From an uncultured Chloroflexia bacterium (GTDB lineage Bacteria > Chloroflexota > Anaerolineae > CG2-30-64-16), in assembly GCA_963774265.1 (NCBI GenBank), contig CAVZDU010000005.1:384001-448000 (forward strand): a stretch of DNA of 64,000 nt, in the 5' to 3' direction. This document shows positions 31,700 through 41,449 of the stretch, in pieces. How positions within the stretch are numbered: position 1 is the first letter of the stretch; each line of letters opens with the position of its first letter. Under the pieces are notes generated by a model. That model made no database searches. It was not told the origin of the DNA and saw nothing but the letters and a program-made list of their open reading frames with translations. The translations under genes and the position numbers were made by a program.

Positions 31700-32038
31700 C
31701 GACAGCCTCAACCTTTACGATCGTAACAGCGGAATTGTGGCGTTGGCCCAGGGCATCACCCCGATGGCTGAAGCACACTCGGACATCATTTGTGACTTAC
31801 TTGCAGCAGTCTTGCCGTACAGGCTGTGGCGCGAAATAGCAGCAAGCCTGTCAGGTCCACGTCGATATGCTCGGACATGGTTGCGACGGTCAGCGGATTG
31901 GACGACCTGGCCCACCTCACCGGCGGTCGCCCTGTGGTGAGCCAGGCCGGCTCTGAGCCTGAGCATCTCACTGCAGTGGATTTTGGCCGGGCGCGCATCC
32001 CCTCGCAGGGCTGAGCGGCCACCGGCACCACGGGCGTG

Positions 32039-33124
32039 TCAGTCGGGTCTAAGCCTGATCAAGACCGGCAGGTAGCCCCTCCGTGCTGGCATCGGAACCT
32101 GTTCGACTGGAACTGCCAAATGCGCGGCAATCGCTGTCGTGGCCTTCACCTGCTCCAGCCAGTAGTCGAGATTCATATGGGCAATCGTGTCTTCTGAGGT
32201 GTGGTCGTAGGGAGTTCGTTCGTTCTCGTAGCTCTCGATCTGCAGCCCCGTCGGTATGCCCTTCTCACGGAAGGGGAGCTCGTCCCCTCAGCCGCAGCCG
32301 ACAACGAGCCTGGGCGCCAGGTCAAGTCGATAGGCCTTGATTGTCTCACTCATCATCTCTGTCACGACTGTGGATTGCGGACGCCCTCCGTGCCAAAGCT
32401 CCATGACGCCATCGCGGTTGCCGTCATAGCCAACCACGTCGATATCTACGGCAACCTTGATGGCGTCTATTTCTGACGGCGAGAGCTGATCGAGATAACT
32501 CCGGACTCCAAGCTTACCTTGCTCTTCTCCCGTCGAGAACAGCAGAACCACCGTACGGCTGAATTGTTGGCTGCTGAGAATCCTCGCCACCTCCAGCAGA
32601 TCAACTGCGCCACTGGCGTTGTCATCCGCGGCAGGAAACCGTTCTTTGGCGTTTGGCCTGACGCCATCGACATGAGCGACAAGGTAGACCTCCTCGGCCG
32701 GAGCACGGGATCCCGGTTTCCTGGCGATCACGTTGCGATCAGAACGTCCGGAACGAGACCAATTCTTAAGCTCAACCGAGTAACCCAGGCTGACAAGCTC
32801 TTTGGCAATATAGTCAGTTGCCCGTTTGAGCCCCTCACTGCCGGTCAGCCGATTGGTGATCGTATAGCAGTCGGTCCCGGCACAGATGGGCTCTTCACCG
32901 GTCAGCCGGCGGAGATCGCGCAGGGCTCTGGCCCGGTCGACTTGTCCCAGCATCTCTCGTACAACCCCGGTGGGCGAAATGACCGTTGCCCGGCTCGATT
33001 CCGGGAGAGAGACCGGCTGCGCCTCTCGATCCCGCGTTTGCAGTCCGCAGGCCGACGCGATCGCAACCGAGAAAGCCAGGCCCAAGAGAATAGTGACGCA
33101 GAGGGCCAATATTCCTTTTCTCAT
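32039..33124 (-). CDS. Secreted M28 metallopeptidase with in-frame UGA at 32288-32290 (candidate selenoprotein)
   Basis: AHVD, ADDNASG, GEEQG, DIDVVG before the UGA; after it, in frame, GDELPF..G.P..PYDHTSEDT and a RRGYLPVLIR tail. Confidence 0.8.
32259..32290 (-). other. Putative bacterial SECIS hairpin
   Basis: UGA-GGGGACGAGCUC-CCCUUC-CGUGA-GAAGGG: 6-bp stem from +13, GU-containing loop at +19 to +23. Confidence 0.5.
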
Positions 33125-33156
33125 GAAATCTCCCTCCCTCGCGGCGCTCTGAGTCA

Positions 33157-33792
33157 TTATGCGAGCGATGTGACGGTCGCGTCATGCAGGCTGTAGCGCA
33201 TTCCCACCACCTGCAAACCGCCGTGGCTGATTGCTTCGGCCAACACCGGCTCACCTTTGAGGCGGGCCACGGTCTCGACGATGTGCGCGTCGATGACATT
33301 TGCCACCGGGTCGCCGTCCTGCCCGCGCACCTTCTCCAGCGCAGGGCGGATGCAGCTCATGATGTTCGGAAGATGGCCCTGGGCAGGCGCGTTGGGAGCC
33401 GTCGCCGCGTAACTGGCCACTGTGGCGGTGACCGCGCCGCACTTCTCGTGGCCCAGGACAACGATCAACTGCACGCCGAGGTGCTCGACCGCATATTCCA
33501 GGCTGCCCAAGCTGATATCGTCGAGCACGTTGCCCGCGTTGCGGACGACGAACAGCTCTCCGAGGCCCCGGTCGAAGATGATCTCGGGCGGAACGCGCGA
33601 ATCGGAGCAACAGAGGATCGCAGCAAAGGGGTGCTGCGCCTGCAGCAACTCCTGAGCGCATCCGGATTGCACTGCGCTGCTGAAGCAGCTGTCACGGAAG
33701 GATTGGTTGCCGGCGTGCAAGCGCGCAAGCGCCGCGTCAGCGGGGACGGGTGGGTGGCTGTTCGGGTGGGAGCCGTGACTCTGTGACATCAT
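33157..33792 (-). CDS. Beta-class carbonic anhydrase
   Basis: CCSDSRV, LFVVRNAGN, LEYAV, GHEKCGAV; the upstream extension in the ORF track is spurious. Confidence 0.92.
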   Translation of the reverse strand: MMSQSHGSHPNSHPPVPADAALARLHAGNQSFRDSCFSSAVQSGCAQELLQAQHPFAAILCCSDSRVPPEIIFDRGLGELFVVRNAGNVLDDISLGSLEYAVEHLGVQLIVVLGHEKCGAVTATVASYAATAPNAPAQGHLPNIMSCIRPALEKVRGQDGDPVANVIDAHIVETVARLKGEPVLAEAISHGGLQVVGMRYSLHDATVTSLA

Positions 33793-33857
33793 GCCTCCAG
33801 CTGCGTCGCGTGGTATGGGGTCATTTAACACCGGCCCGTCGATTTTGCCTAATACCC

Positions 33858-34622
33858 CTACGCCGGAGCGCGGGAATGGTCCAGCTCTGCGCGCAATTGC
33901 CGCCATCCCGGGAGGAAGCGATCCATGTGGGCTTTGAAGCGGACCCCGTGGCCGCGTTCGAGCAGGTGGACGAGCTCGTGGACGAGGACGTATTCCAGCA
34001 GGCGGGGCGGCTTCTTGGCCAGCTCCAGGTTGAGCCAGATGCGCCGCGCCGTGGAATTGCACGACCCCCACCGGGTTCGCATATCCTTGACGCCCCACGC
34101 GGCAGCCTCGACGCCGATCACCGGCTGCCACTTCGCCAATAGGGCGGGGATCTGTGCCTTGAGCTCCGCCCGATACCACGCGGCCAACACGGCCGCGCGC
34201 TGCGCAACGTTGCTGCCCCTCCGCACGTACAGGTCGATCACGGGGGGGCGGCTGTCCCTGATGGGCGAGGGGCGCAAGTATGTATGGTCGGCTTCGTCGC
34301 CGTCGCGTCGAACCACTCTGCCCCGCCCATCGTGCTCGATGACGTTCAACAGGTGGCCGACGCCGCCGAAATCGTGGGTCTCGCCCGAGACATATTCGCG
34401 CGGCGCGTGGGCCACCCGACCGCCGCTGCTCGCCAGGTGGCGCCTGATCCAAGCCAGCCGCGCGACGACCGCCTGGCGCACCGCCTCGTCGTCCGCCCTA
34501 AGCGGTGCGGACACGCGGACGCGGCCCTCGGACGGGTAGACGGTCAGGCGCAGATGCCTGACTTTTTTGCGGATGACTTCGACGGCAAGGCCTTCAACGC
34601 TGATCTGATGCATGCGACTCAT
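33858..34622 (-). CDS. YgjP/DUF45 (M48-like) metal-dependent hydrolase
   Basis: MRTRWGSCN, IWLNLELAK, YVLVHELVH (HExxH). Confidence 0.88.
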   Translation of the reverse strand: MSRMHQISVEGLAVEVIRKKVRHLRLTVYPSEGRVRVSAPLRADDEAVRQAVVARLAWIRRHLASSGGRVAHAPREYVSGETHDFGGVGHLLNVIEHDGRGRVVRRDGDEADHTYLRPSPIRDSRPPVIDLYVRRGSNVAQRAAVLAAWYRAELKAQIPALLAKWQPVIGVEAAAWGVKDMRTRWGSCNSTARRIWLNLELAKKPPRLLEYVLVHELVHLLERGHGVRFKAHMDRFLPGWRQLRAELDHSRAPA

Positions 34623-34678
34623 TTCCGGCTGGAGTAAGACCGCTGCAGCCATTATAGCCGAACTTCGCAAATTGGGTC

Positions 34679-34736
34679 TTGACAAATCCTCCTTCGAGGC
34701 GTACAATTGCGCCAAGTACTTTGTTGTGCAAAGTAC
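34679..34736 (+). promoter_or_regulatory. Sigma70 promoter with operator
   Basis: TTGACA-N17-TACAAT; GTACTTTG-ttgtg-CAAAGTAC at 34716-34736. Confidence 0.75.
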
Positions 34737-34778
34737 ATTACAGCGCAGAAAGCCCCGACTATCTACAGGAGGGTTGAT

Positions 34779-35420
34779 ATGACAGGGCAGATCAGCAGTC
34801 AGGAAGCTCGGCGCAGGGTCGCCCAGCTCAGTACGTTTGAGGATGGCTTGTGGGACATGCTGCTGGGCAAGGTCTTCATTCTGCTCAGCATCTATCCGGT
34901 CACCAGGAACCTCTTGGGGCGAACCCTCAACCTGTTCCTCTTTTTTGGCCTGTTGGCGTTGCTCATCGCGGCCATGAGCGTCGCCCGGCGCACGCTGTCG
35001 ATCCCCCGCGTGGGCATGGCGAAGCTCAGCCACAGTCCGCTGGCCACTGTCGCCCGGATCACCTTGTTTGTGGTTACGGTGACACTGGTCTTCGCCACGT
35101 TGTTCATGACCCAAACGGTGAAGCAGCCGGCGTTGGCCGGAGCGCCCCCGTGGCTCAACCGGTTGAGCGGCGACATCTTTTTCGCTGCACTGATCATTGG
35201 CTTCTTTACGCTGTTCGCACATTTCACCGGCGTCCCGCGCCTGCACCTGTATGGCTGGCTCCTGGGGCTGGGGAACCTGGCCTCGGCCGCGCTGGCGCTC
35301 TACGCCGGTTTCACCTTCAGCCTGCCACTCGCGCTTGTCGGGCTGATCATCGTCCTGGTGGGCGCCAACCTGTTCTGGCGCTTCCTGCGCCGCTATCCCG
35401 TCCCGACCGAGGACAACTGA
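34779..35420 (+). CDS. Membrane protein (about 6 TM)
   Basis: AGGAGG RBS; FEDGLWDMLLG; hydrophobic segments. Confidence 0.7.
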   Translation: MTGQISSQEARRRVAQLSTFEDGLWDMLLGKVFILLSIYPVTRNLLGRTLNLFLFFGLLALLIAAMSVARRTLSIPRVGMAKLSHSPLATVARITLFVVTVTLVFATLFMTQTVKQPALAGAPPWLNRLSGDIFFAALIIGFFTLFAHFTGVPRLHLYGWLLGLGNLASAALALYAGFTFSLPLALVGLIIVLVGANLFWRFLRRYPVPTEDN

Positions 35421-35421
35421 G

Positions 35422-35754
35422 ATGACAAAGCTGAGCGAGTCCGGCGGGGAGCTGCATCCCCTGGCCAGCATCGACCGGATGGTTCACGAGCCGGCCCGGC
35501 TGATGGTTCTGAGCTATTTGGACGCGGTCCAGAGTGCGGATTTCGTCTTCTTGATGCGCCTGACGGGGCTGACGTGGGGCAATCTCTCCTCGCACCTGAG
35601 CAAGCTGGAGGAAGGCGGGTATGTCGCGGCGGAGAAAGCGTTCGTCAACAAGAAACCGCACACGATGATCCGCTTGACCGATCAGGGCCGGGCGGCCCTG
35701 CAGTCGTATCGGGAGGTCATGCAACGGGTGCTGAACGACGGACGGCCGGGGTGA
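35422..35754 (+). CDS. Winged-helix transcriptional regulator (HTH_34/MarR-like)
   Basis: IDRMVHEPARL..LTWGNLSSHLSKLEEGGYV. Confidence 0.88.
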   Translation: MTKLSESGGELHPLASIDRMVHEPARLMVLSYLDAVQSADFVFLMRLTGLTWGNLSSHLSKLEEGGYVAAEKAFVNKKPHTMIRLTDQGRAALQSYREVMQRVLNDGRPG

Positions 35755-35766
35755 TGGACGCGCCAC

Positions 35767-37764
35767 TCACCTTTCCTTGCGTACTACCCGCACATCGCGC
35801 GGCCCAATCTCGACGGCGCCGGCTGCTGCGCGGACGGTCTGCGTTTCATCGGTGAAGTTGAGCAGCAGTGTGTACGGGCCGCGACGAGCAGCCATCACAC
35901 CGGGCGGCAAATCATCCGCCAGGCGCGCCACGCCGGCCCCGCCGGCCAGGTAGCCCAGGATGGCCGATGCCTGCGCTTCGGTGGGATACCAGCCGAGATA
36001 GAGCACCTGCCCGCTGCCGGCCGCGCGGGCCGTCAGCGCCGCAGCGCCGGCGAACGGTCCAGAGGTGTATCGGGCCAGGGCCGATGTGTCCGGATCAGGC
36101 GCCAGCGCCTCGACCCAGAAGGAAGCCTGTTCCGGCAGGCCGGGCAGGTCCGTGCTGAGATCGTAGCCGATGCCCGGCGGCAGGCTGCCCCAGTCAGTTA
36201 CAGTCGCGCCTACCAGGTCACGCAATACGCCCGGCAACGGCTGGTCGGTCACCAGGTTGCTGGGGGTCTTGACCCCGGATCGCACGCCGAACAGCACCGT
36301 GCCCCCCGCACGGGCGTACGCAGCCAATCGCTCGGTCAACGCCTCGCTGGCCAGGATCGCCGAAGGGGCTGCAACCAACTTGTAGCGGCTCAGGTCCGCG
36401 TCTGGCGGGATGATATCCGCTAGGATGCCCAGCTTTGCCAGGCTGCGGTGGAAGAGGAACAGGTGGCGGAGGTGGGTGAAATCCTGGCGGTGCGGCTGGA
36501 TCTGGATGGCCCATAGGTCGTTGTAGTCCAGCAGCAGCGCCACCTCCGCCGTGACGGGATGCGCAGCGATCTCCGCCATCAGGGTTCGCTCGCCAGCCAT
36601 GGCCAGCAGCTCGCGGTAGCCGGTCGCGAGCGTCGCGTCGTGATGCAACATGCCGGAGTGGTACTGCTCGAACGCGTACCGGCACGCGCGCCAGCGGAAG
36701 TAGACCACGGCGTCCGCGCCTTCGGCCAGCGCGTGCCAGGTCCACAGGCGCATCGTGCCGGGGCGCACAGCGGTGTTGAACCGGCTCCAGTTGATGGGGC
36801 CGCACTGCTGCTCCATCACCCAAAAGGGCGCCTGCTTGTGCCCGCGCGCCTGTGCGTGGCAGAAGCCAGTGATGGTCGGGTCGCCCATGTCATAGGGGAA
36901 GGTGCAGCCCGGTTTCTCCGGCAGATAGAGGGCCTGCCCCATGTGCTCGGCATGGCCGGTCGGGTAGGAATCCCAGGCGATGAAATCAAGCGGCCGGGCC
37001 AGGTCGTGATAATCCAGGTCTTCGAAGTCGCCGAGCGTGTTGGTGGTGATAAACTGGCCGGCCGTGTTTTGGCGCAGGAGGTCTACCTGCAGCTGCTGGT
37101 ATGACACGGTTGTCTCGGATGCGAACCGCGCGTAGTCCAGCACGTGGCTCGGATTGGCGCCTGTGGGGGTCAGGTTGGGCAGCCGGATCTCCTCCCATCG
37201 GCCATAGCTCTGGCTCCAGAACACTGCGCCCCAGGCTTCGTTCAGCGCATCGAGGGTCCCGTATTTGCGCTTCAACCACTCCCTGAATGCAGCCGCACAC
37301 TGGTCGCAGTAGCAGCGTGCGGTGTCATGACAGCCGAACTCGTTGTCGATCTGCCAGCCGACCACGGCCGGGCGCCCACCGTAATGCTCGGCCATGGCTC
37401 GCACGATGCGTTCGCTGTGGCGGCGATAGGTGGGGCTGGTGGGGCAATAGTGGCGCCGCGTCCCGCTGTTCCGCACGCGGCCCGCCGCGTCCACCGGCAG
37501 CACGTCGGGATAGTTGTGGGTCAGCCAGGCGGGCGGCGCGGCCGTCGGCGTGCCCAACACCACCTGCAAGCCTGCGCCGGCCAGGGTCGCGATGGCCTCA
37601 TCCAGCCAGTCCCAGGCGAACCGTCCCTCGACCGGCTCCATGAGGTGCCACGCGAATTCGCCGATACGGACGTAGTCCAGGCCCGCGTCACGCATCATTT
37701 GCGCGTCGATCGGCCAGCGGTCGTGCGGCCAGTGTTCGGGGTAATAACAGACGCCAAGTTTCAT
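35767..37764 (-). CDS. GH42 beta-galactosidase
   Basis: GVCYYPEHW, IGEFAW, GTPTAAPP, WQIDNE, CYC..C, VMEQQ, EQYHSG. Confidence 0.93.
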   Translation of the reverse strand: MKLGVCYYPEHWPHDRWPIDAQMMRDAGLDYVRIGEFAWHLMEPVEGRFAWDWLDEAIATLAGAGLQVVLGTPTAAPPAWLTHNYPDVLPVDAAGRVRNSGTRRHYCPTSPTYRRHSERIVRAMAEHYGGRPAVVGWQIDNEFGCHDTARCYCDQCAAAFREWLKRKYGTLDALNEAWGAVFWSQSYGRWEEIRLPNLTPTGANPSHVLDYARFASETTVSYQQLQVDLLRQNTAGQFITTNTLGDFEDLDYHDLARPLDFIAWDSYPTGHAEHMGQALYLPEKPGCTFPYDMGDPTITGFCHAQARGHKQAPFWVMEQQCGPINWSRFNTAVRPGTMRLWTWHALAEGADAVVYFRWRACRYAFEQYHSGMLHHDATLATGYRELLAMAGERTLMAEIAAHPVTAEVALLLDYNDLWAIQIQPHRQDFTHLRHLFLFHRSLAKLGILADIIPPDADLSRYKLVAAPSAILASEALTERLAAYARAGGTVLFGVRSGVKTPSNLVTDQPLPGVLRDLVGATVTDWGSLPPGIGYDLSTDLPGLPEQASFWVEALAPDPDTSALARYTSGPFAGAAALTARAAGSGQVLYLGWYPTEAQASAILGYLAGGAGVARLADDLPPGVMAARRGPYTLLLNFTDETQTVRAAAGAVEIGPRDVRVVRKER

Positions 37765-37778
37765 TAGGTGGATGCCTT

Positions 37779-38938
37779 TCACGCTCGATGATGGTCGATG
37801 ACCTGCCGGTACAGCCCCTCCAGCCGGTCCACGTGCGCCTCGATCTTGAACTGCGCCGAGAGCTCCCGTGCATTGCTGGCGAAGGCGCGCCGGCTCGCCT
37901 CGTCCTGCAAGATTTCGGAAAGCCTGTCCGCGACCTCTGCGTCTGTGTCGGCCAGGTAACCGTTGAAGCCCTGGCGAACCAGATCGCTGAAGCTGCCATC
38001 ACGCCTTGCCACGATCGGCAAGCCGCACAAGGTCGCTTCGATCAGCGTCATCGGATGGATTTCGCTGAGCGAGACGGTCGCGAACACATGCGCGATCGAA
38101 TAAATCTCGGGCATTCGCTCCCAGGCGATCGGTCCCGCCAGCAGCACCTGGCGACTGAGGCCGGCCGCATGGGCCGCGGCTGCCAGCTCGGCCCGCGCGG
38201 GGCCTGTGCCTACGAAGAGCGCCCTGTAGCGTTCTTGCGTCTGCAAGACGGGCCGCAGCGCCTCCAGGAGTGCCAGCACCCGCTTCTCCTGCGCCAGCCG
38301 GCCGACGTAAAGGATGACGCGGTCCGCCGGGTCGAGGCCAAGGGCAGCGCGCGCCTGGTCGCAGTCCGCGCCTGTGATGCGGTCCGGATCAAACCACTCG
38401 GTGGACGCACCGTTGCCGATCACACTTGTGCGGAGCTCCGGGATGAAGGAGGCGACATAGGCGCGCCCCTTTCCGACGGGCAGACCGCCATATCATACCC
38501 GCGCAGGAGCGATGCAAGCAACCCGGAGATCGCCCGTTCGGGCAGCAGATGGCCCAACGGCACATAGTGCCGGTAGGCTGGGTAAAGCGTGTGCAGGGTG
38601 TGAACCAGCGGCAGGTTCGCCCGCCTGGCCGCGCGTTTGCCGGCCCAGCCCAGGGCGAATTCGGTGTGCGTGTGGATGATGTCCAACTTCTCCCGCGCCA
38701 CGATGCGGTCAATGGCCGCCTGTGACGTCAACCCGAGCCGGATTTCGATTTGTGCGTTGAACGGGAGCGAGGGAAAGCGGTAGACGGAGGGATCGCACTC
38801 GGCCGCGCCGGGGCTGGCGACGGTGAACAGGACCACTTCGTGGCCGCGGCGCTCCAACTCCCGCCTGGCCTGAACGATAGCAGTCGTCACGCCATTCTTG
38901 GTGGGCAGGTAGCAGTCCGTGAAGATGCCGATTTTCAT
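37779..38938 (-). CDS. GT4 glycosyltransferase (diacylglycerol glucosyltransferase-like), frameshift near 38468
   Basis: MKIGIFTDCY..NGV, IHTHTEF, YVGRLAQEK, SEIHPMTLIEA. Confidence 0.85.
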
Positions 38939-38965
38939 GTTTACCGGAGCATGCCAGGTGCTGCC

Positions 38966-39019
38966 AGGTGCCGGGCACTTGTCGCCAGGTGCCGGGCACT
39001 TCGCAAGTGCCCGGCACCT
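38966..39019. repeat. REP-like cluster (three AGGTGCCGGGCACTT-type units)
   Basis: Two direct copies and one inverted copy of the 25201 unit. Confidence 0.75.
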
Positions 39020-39064
39020 CTTAGCGCGCGCCTGTGCTGCGCCCACCCCGCGTGGACCCCTGCC

Positions 39065-40588
39065 CTACGGGCGTTCGAACCTCTTGCCGGTCGCCAGCTC
39101 GACGCACTTGTACGCGCCGTCGTAGATGCCGATGCGCTTGTTCTTGACGATGCAGTCGCAGTACAGCTCCAGCAGATCGGCGCCGTTTGTCAGCAGGTCG
39201 ATCGCCTGCAGGGTCTGCGGGATGGTGCGCGTTTCGACGGTGCCGTCGCCTAGCTCCGCGCCGCGGATCGCGCCCCACATCTCGTGCCCGCCCACGCGCG
39301 CGTTGAAGATCTTCGGCACAGGATAGAAGGCCAGCTCGCTGGGCTTGGTGATCATGACGTCGATCACTCGCATCAGGTAGTTGGTGGCATAGACGGCATG
39401 GAAGGTGTTGTCGTGCAGGAACACGTGCATCCCTTCGGCCGGCCCGGACCGAATCTGGTCGACCAGCACCTTGGTGTCATCCCACGTGAAGTGCGTCTGG
39501 ATAAGTTCCTTGTACGAGGTCAGCTCACCCTGCAGCCAGACCCAGTTGTCCTTGTGATCGCCCAGGTTGACGAACAGTGTGATCTTGCCGGCCTTGACCA
39601 GCGGGATGCAGTGCTCGATGATGGCCTTGAATAGCTCGCGTTGCGCGCCTGCGCCGCCCATGGTGACGAGGAAGCGACGCGGCGCTCCGCCTCGCATGCG
39701 CGCGAGCCGCGCAGCGCAATCGACCTCGATGTTCTCCACCAGCTCGTGGTCCACGTGGTGGCCGGTGTAGTAGATCGCATCGGGCGGGGTTGGGTTCAGG
39801 ATCGCACCCTTTTCGTCGAAGCCGCGCATCGCACGGAAGCCGTAGTAGCCCGAAGGAGACTGCACCCCGTGCTTGGCGCCCTCGGTCAGCTGGAAGGCCA
39901 TCGGCCAGTTGTCGAACATCATGTCGACGACGTTGGTCATGCCGCCCGCGACCGCACCCATGCAGGTCCACATGTGCGACGTGAGCACCGGCATGTCGGA
40001 GGGTAAAGCCTCGTGCAGGTTGCGGAACAGCTCGCTCATCTTATAGTCTTTGACGTTGGTCTTCAGAAAGCGCCAGGGCCAGCCCACGGTCCAGCTGTTC
40101 AGGAACGACCAAAGCCCCGGCAGCGTGCGCTCTCCGGTGGTGACCGACTCCCAGACATATTTGTTGAACAGCTCGCTCCGCTGCGAGATGCGGGACCAGC
40201 GGCTGTACCAGGTGTTGCACCAGTTGATCACGTCGGTGGTGATGCCGGGGATCGCCAACATGTCCAACCAGTACGGGGTGAAGCCCATCGCCCTGGCGCA
40301 CGACGCGCCGGCCATCGCGATACGGTAGTGCCCGAACCCCATGCGGATCGTGCTGCAGATGACCGCGTTGTCGGCAACGATCGGCTCACCATCATCCCCG
40401 CGCAGGATGTCCTTCAGCCCAAAGATCGAGCCCCCATACGGGTTGTCCTTTAGGCAGAGTGCGTACTTCTCGTGCGGGTCGTAGTTGAACTTCTTGACGA
40501 ACATCGCCTGCCACTTGGTGGCCTTACGGGATGCTGATTCGCTGAGTGCGTTGCCGTACACGACGTAGCGGCCGTTTTCCATCTTCAT
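39065..40588 (-). CDS. Uncharacterised GT-B-like protein
   Basis: MGFGHYRIA, VTMGGAGAQ, ITKPSEL resemble MGDG-synthase/GT28-type motifs. Confidence 0.55.
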   Translation of the reverse strand: MKMENGRYVVYGNALSESASRKATKWQAMFVKKFNYDPHEKYALCLKDNPYGGSIFGLKDILRGDDGEPIVADNAVICSTIRMGFGHYRIAMAGASCARAMGFTPYWLDMLAIPGITTDVINWCNTWYSRWSRISQRSELFNKYVWESVTTGERTLPGLWSFLNSWTVGWPWRFLKTNVKDYKMSELFRNLHEALPSDMPVLTSHMWTCMGAVAGGMTNVVDMMFDNWPMAFQLTEGAKHGVQSPSGYYGFRAMRGFDEKGAILNPTPPDAIYYTGHHVDHELVENIEVDCAARLARMRGGAPRRFLVTMGGAGAQRELFKAIIEHCIPLVKAGKITLFVNLGDHKDNWVWLQGELTSYKELIQTHFTWDDTKVLVDQIRSGPAEGMHVFLHDNTFHAVYATNYLMRVIDVMITKPSELAFYPVPKIFNARVGGHEMWGAIRGAELGDGTVETRTIPQTLQAIDLLTNGADLLELYCDCIVKNKRIGIYDGAYKCVELATGKRFERP

Positions 40589-40600
40589 GTCTTGACTCCA

Positions 40601-41440
40601 TTACCCTTTGGTGGCGCCCAGTGTCAGCCCCGCGATGAAGTAGCGCTGCAGGAACAGGAAGACGAGCACCGTGGGCAGGGTCGCGATGAGTGAGCCGGAG
40701 ATAATGACAGTCCAGTCCATGACATATTGCCCACGCAGTGCAGCGAGACCGGTCGTCACCGGCTTCAGCTTGTCGTTTTGCACCAGGATCAACGCCCACA
40801 AGAAGTCGTTGAAGATCCAGGTGAACTCCAGCGTCGCCAGGGCAGCCATTGCGGGTAACGTCAGCGGCATCATGATCTGCCGATAGATGCGGAACTCACT
40901 GCAGCCGTCCATGCGCGCGGCCTCCAGGATTTCGTCCGGGATTGTGCGCATGTAGTTGCGCAGGACGAAGGTGCAAAATCCTAGCTGGAAGGCCGTGTGG
41001 AAGATGATTAGCGCCCAGTAGGTATTGTAGAGGCCGATGGCGTTCACCAATCGAAAGACCGGCAGCAGCAGGATCTGGAACGGCAGCATCATGCCCGCGA
41101 CAAAGACAAACAGGATCAGCCGGTCACCCCGGAAGCGGAACCGCGAGAGCGCGTAGCCCGCCAGGGATGAGAGAAACAACGTCAACACCAACGACGGGAG
41201 GGTGATGATGAAGCTGTTGGGCAGGTAATGCGTCAGGCCGCCGCGCGTCCACGCCTCGCCGAAGTTCTTGAGTGTCAGCACACTGGGCAGGGACCAAAAC
41301 CCATGGGTGAGGATGTCGTTGTTGGTGCGCAGCGCGGTGATCAGCGCGGTGAGCACCGGCACCAGCCACAGGAGGGTCAGCGCGTAGATAAAAATGTAGA
41401 CAGCCCAGCGCTGGAGCAGACCCTTTTGTTTGTCAGTCAT
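40601..41440 (-). CDS. Carbohydrate ABC transporter permease
   Basis: EAA loop ILEAARMDGC; NDFLW. Confidence 0.92.
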   Translation of the reverse strand: MTDKQKGLLQRWAVYIFIYALTLLWLVPVLTALITALRTNNDILTHGFWSLPSVLTLKNFGEAWTRGGLTHYLPNSFIITLPSLVLTLFLSSLAGYALSRFRFRGDRLILFVFVAGMMLPFQILLLPVFRLVNAIGLYNTYWALIIFHTAFQLGFCTFVLRNYMRTIPDEILEAARMDGCSEFRIYRQIMMPLTLPAMAALATLEFTWIFNDFLWALILVQNDKLKPVTTGLAALRGQYVMDWTVIISGSLIATLPTVLVFLFLQRYFIAGLTLGATKG

Positions 41441-41449
41441 GGCGGCCTC

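Noticed and set aside
31700-32030. Possible Moco/W riboswitch, or small ORF with two UGA-Cys codon pairs (MSEHIDVDLTG..K*C..G*C), upstream of AOR
   Set aside because: No RBS, no recognisable family, and no convincing SECIS or riboswitch consensus by eye; an Rfam scan would settle it
33793-35471. Long N-terminal extensions of the carbonic anhydrase (431 aa) and YgjP (537 aa) ORFs
   Set aside because: They overlap other real genes; GC-rich open-frame artefacts
38950-39020. Possible mini CRISPR array
   Set aside because: Units are about 15 bp, partly inverted, with no unique spacers and no cas genes; REP-like instead
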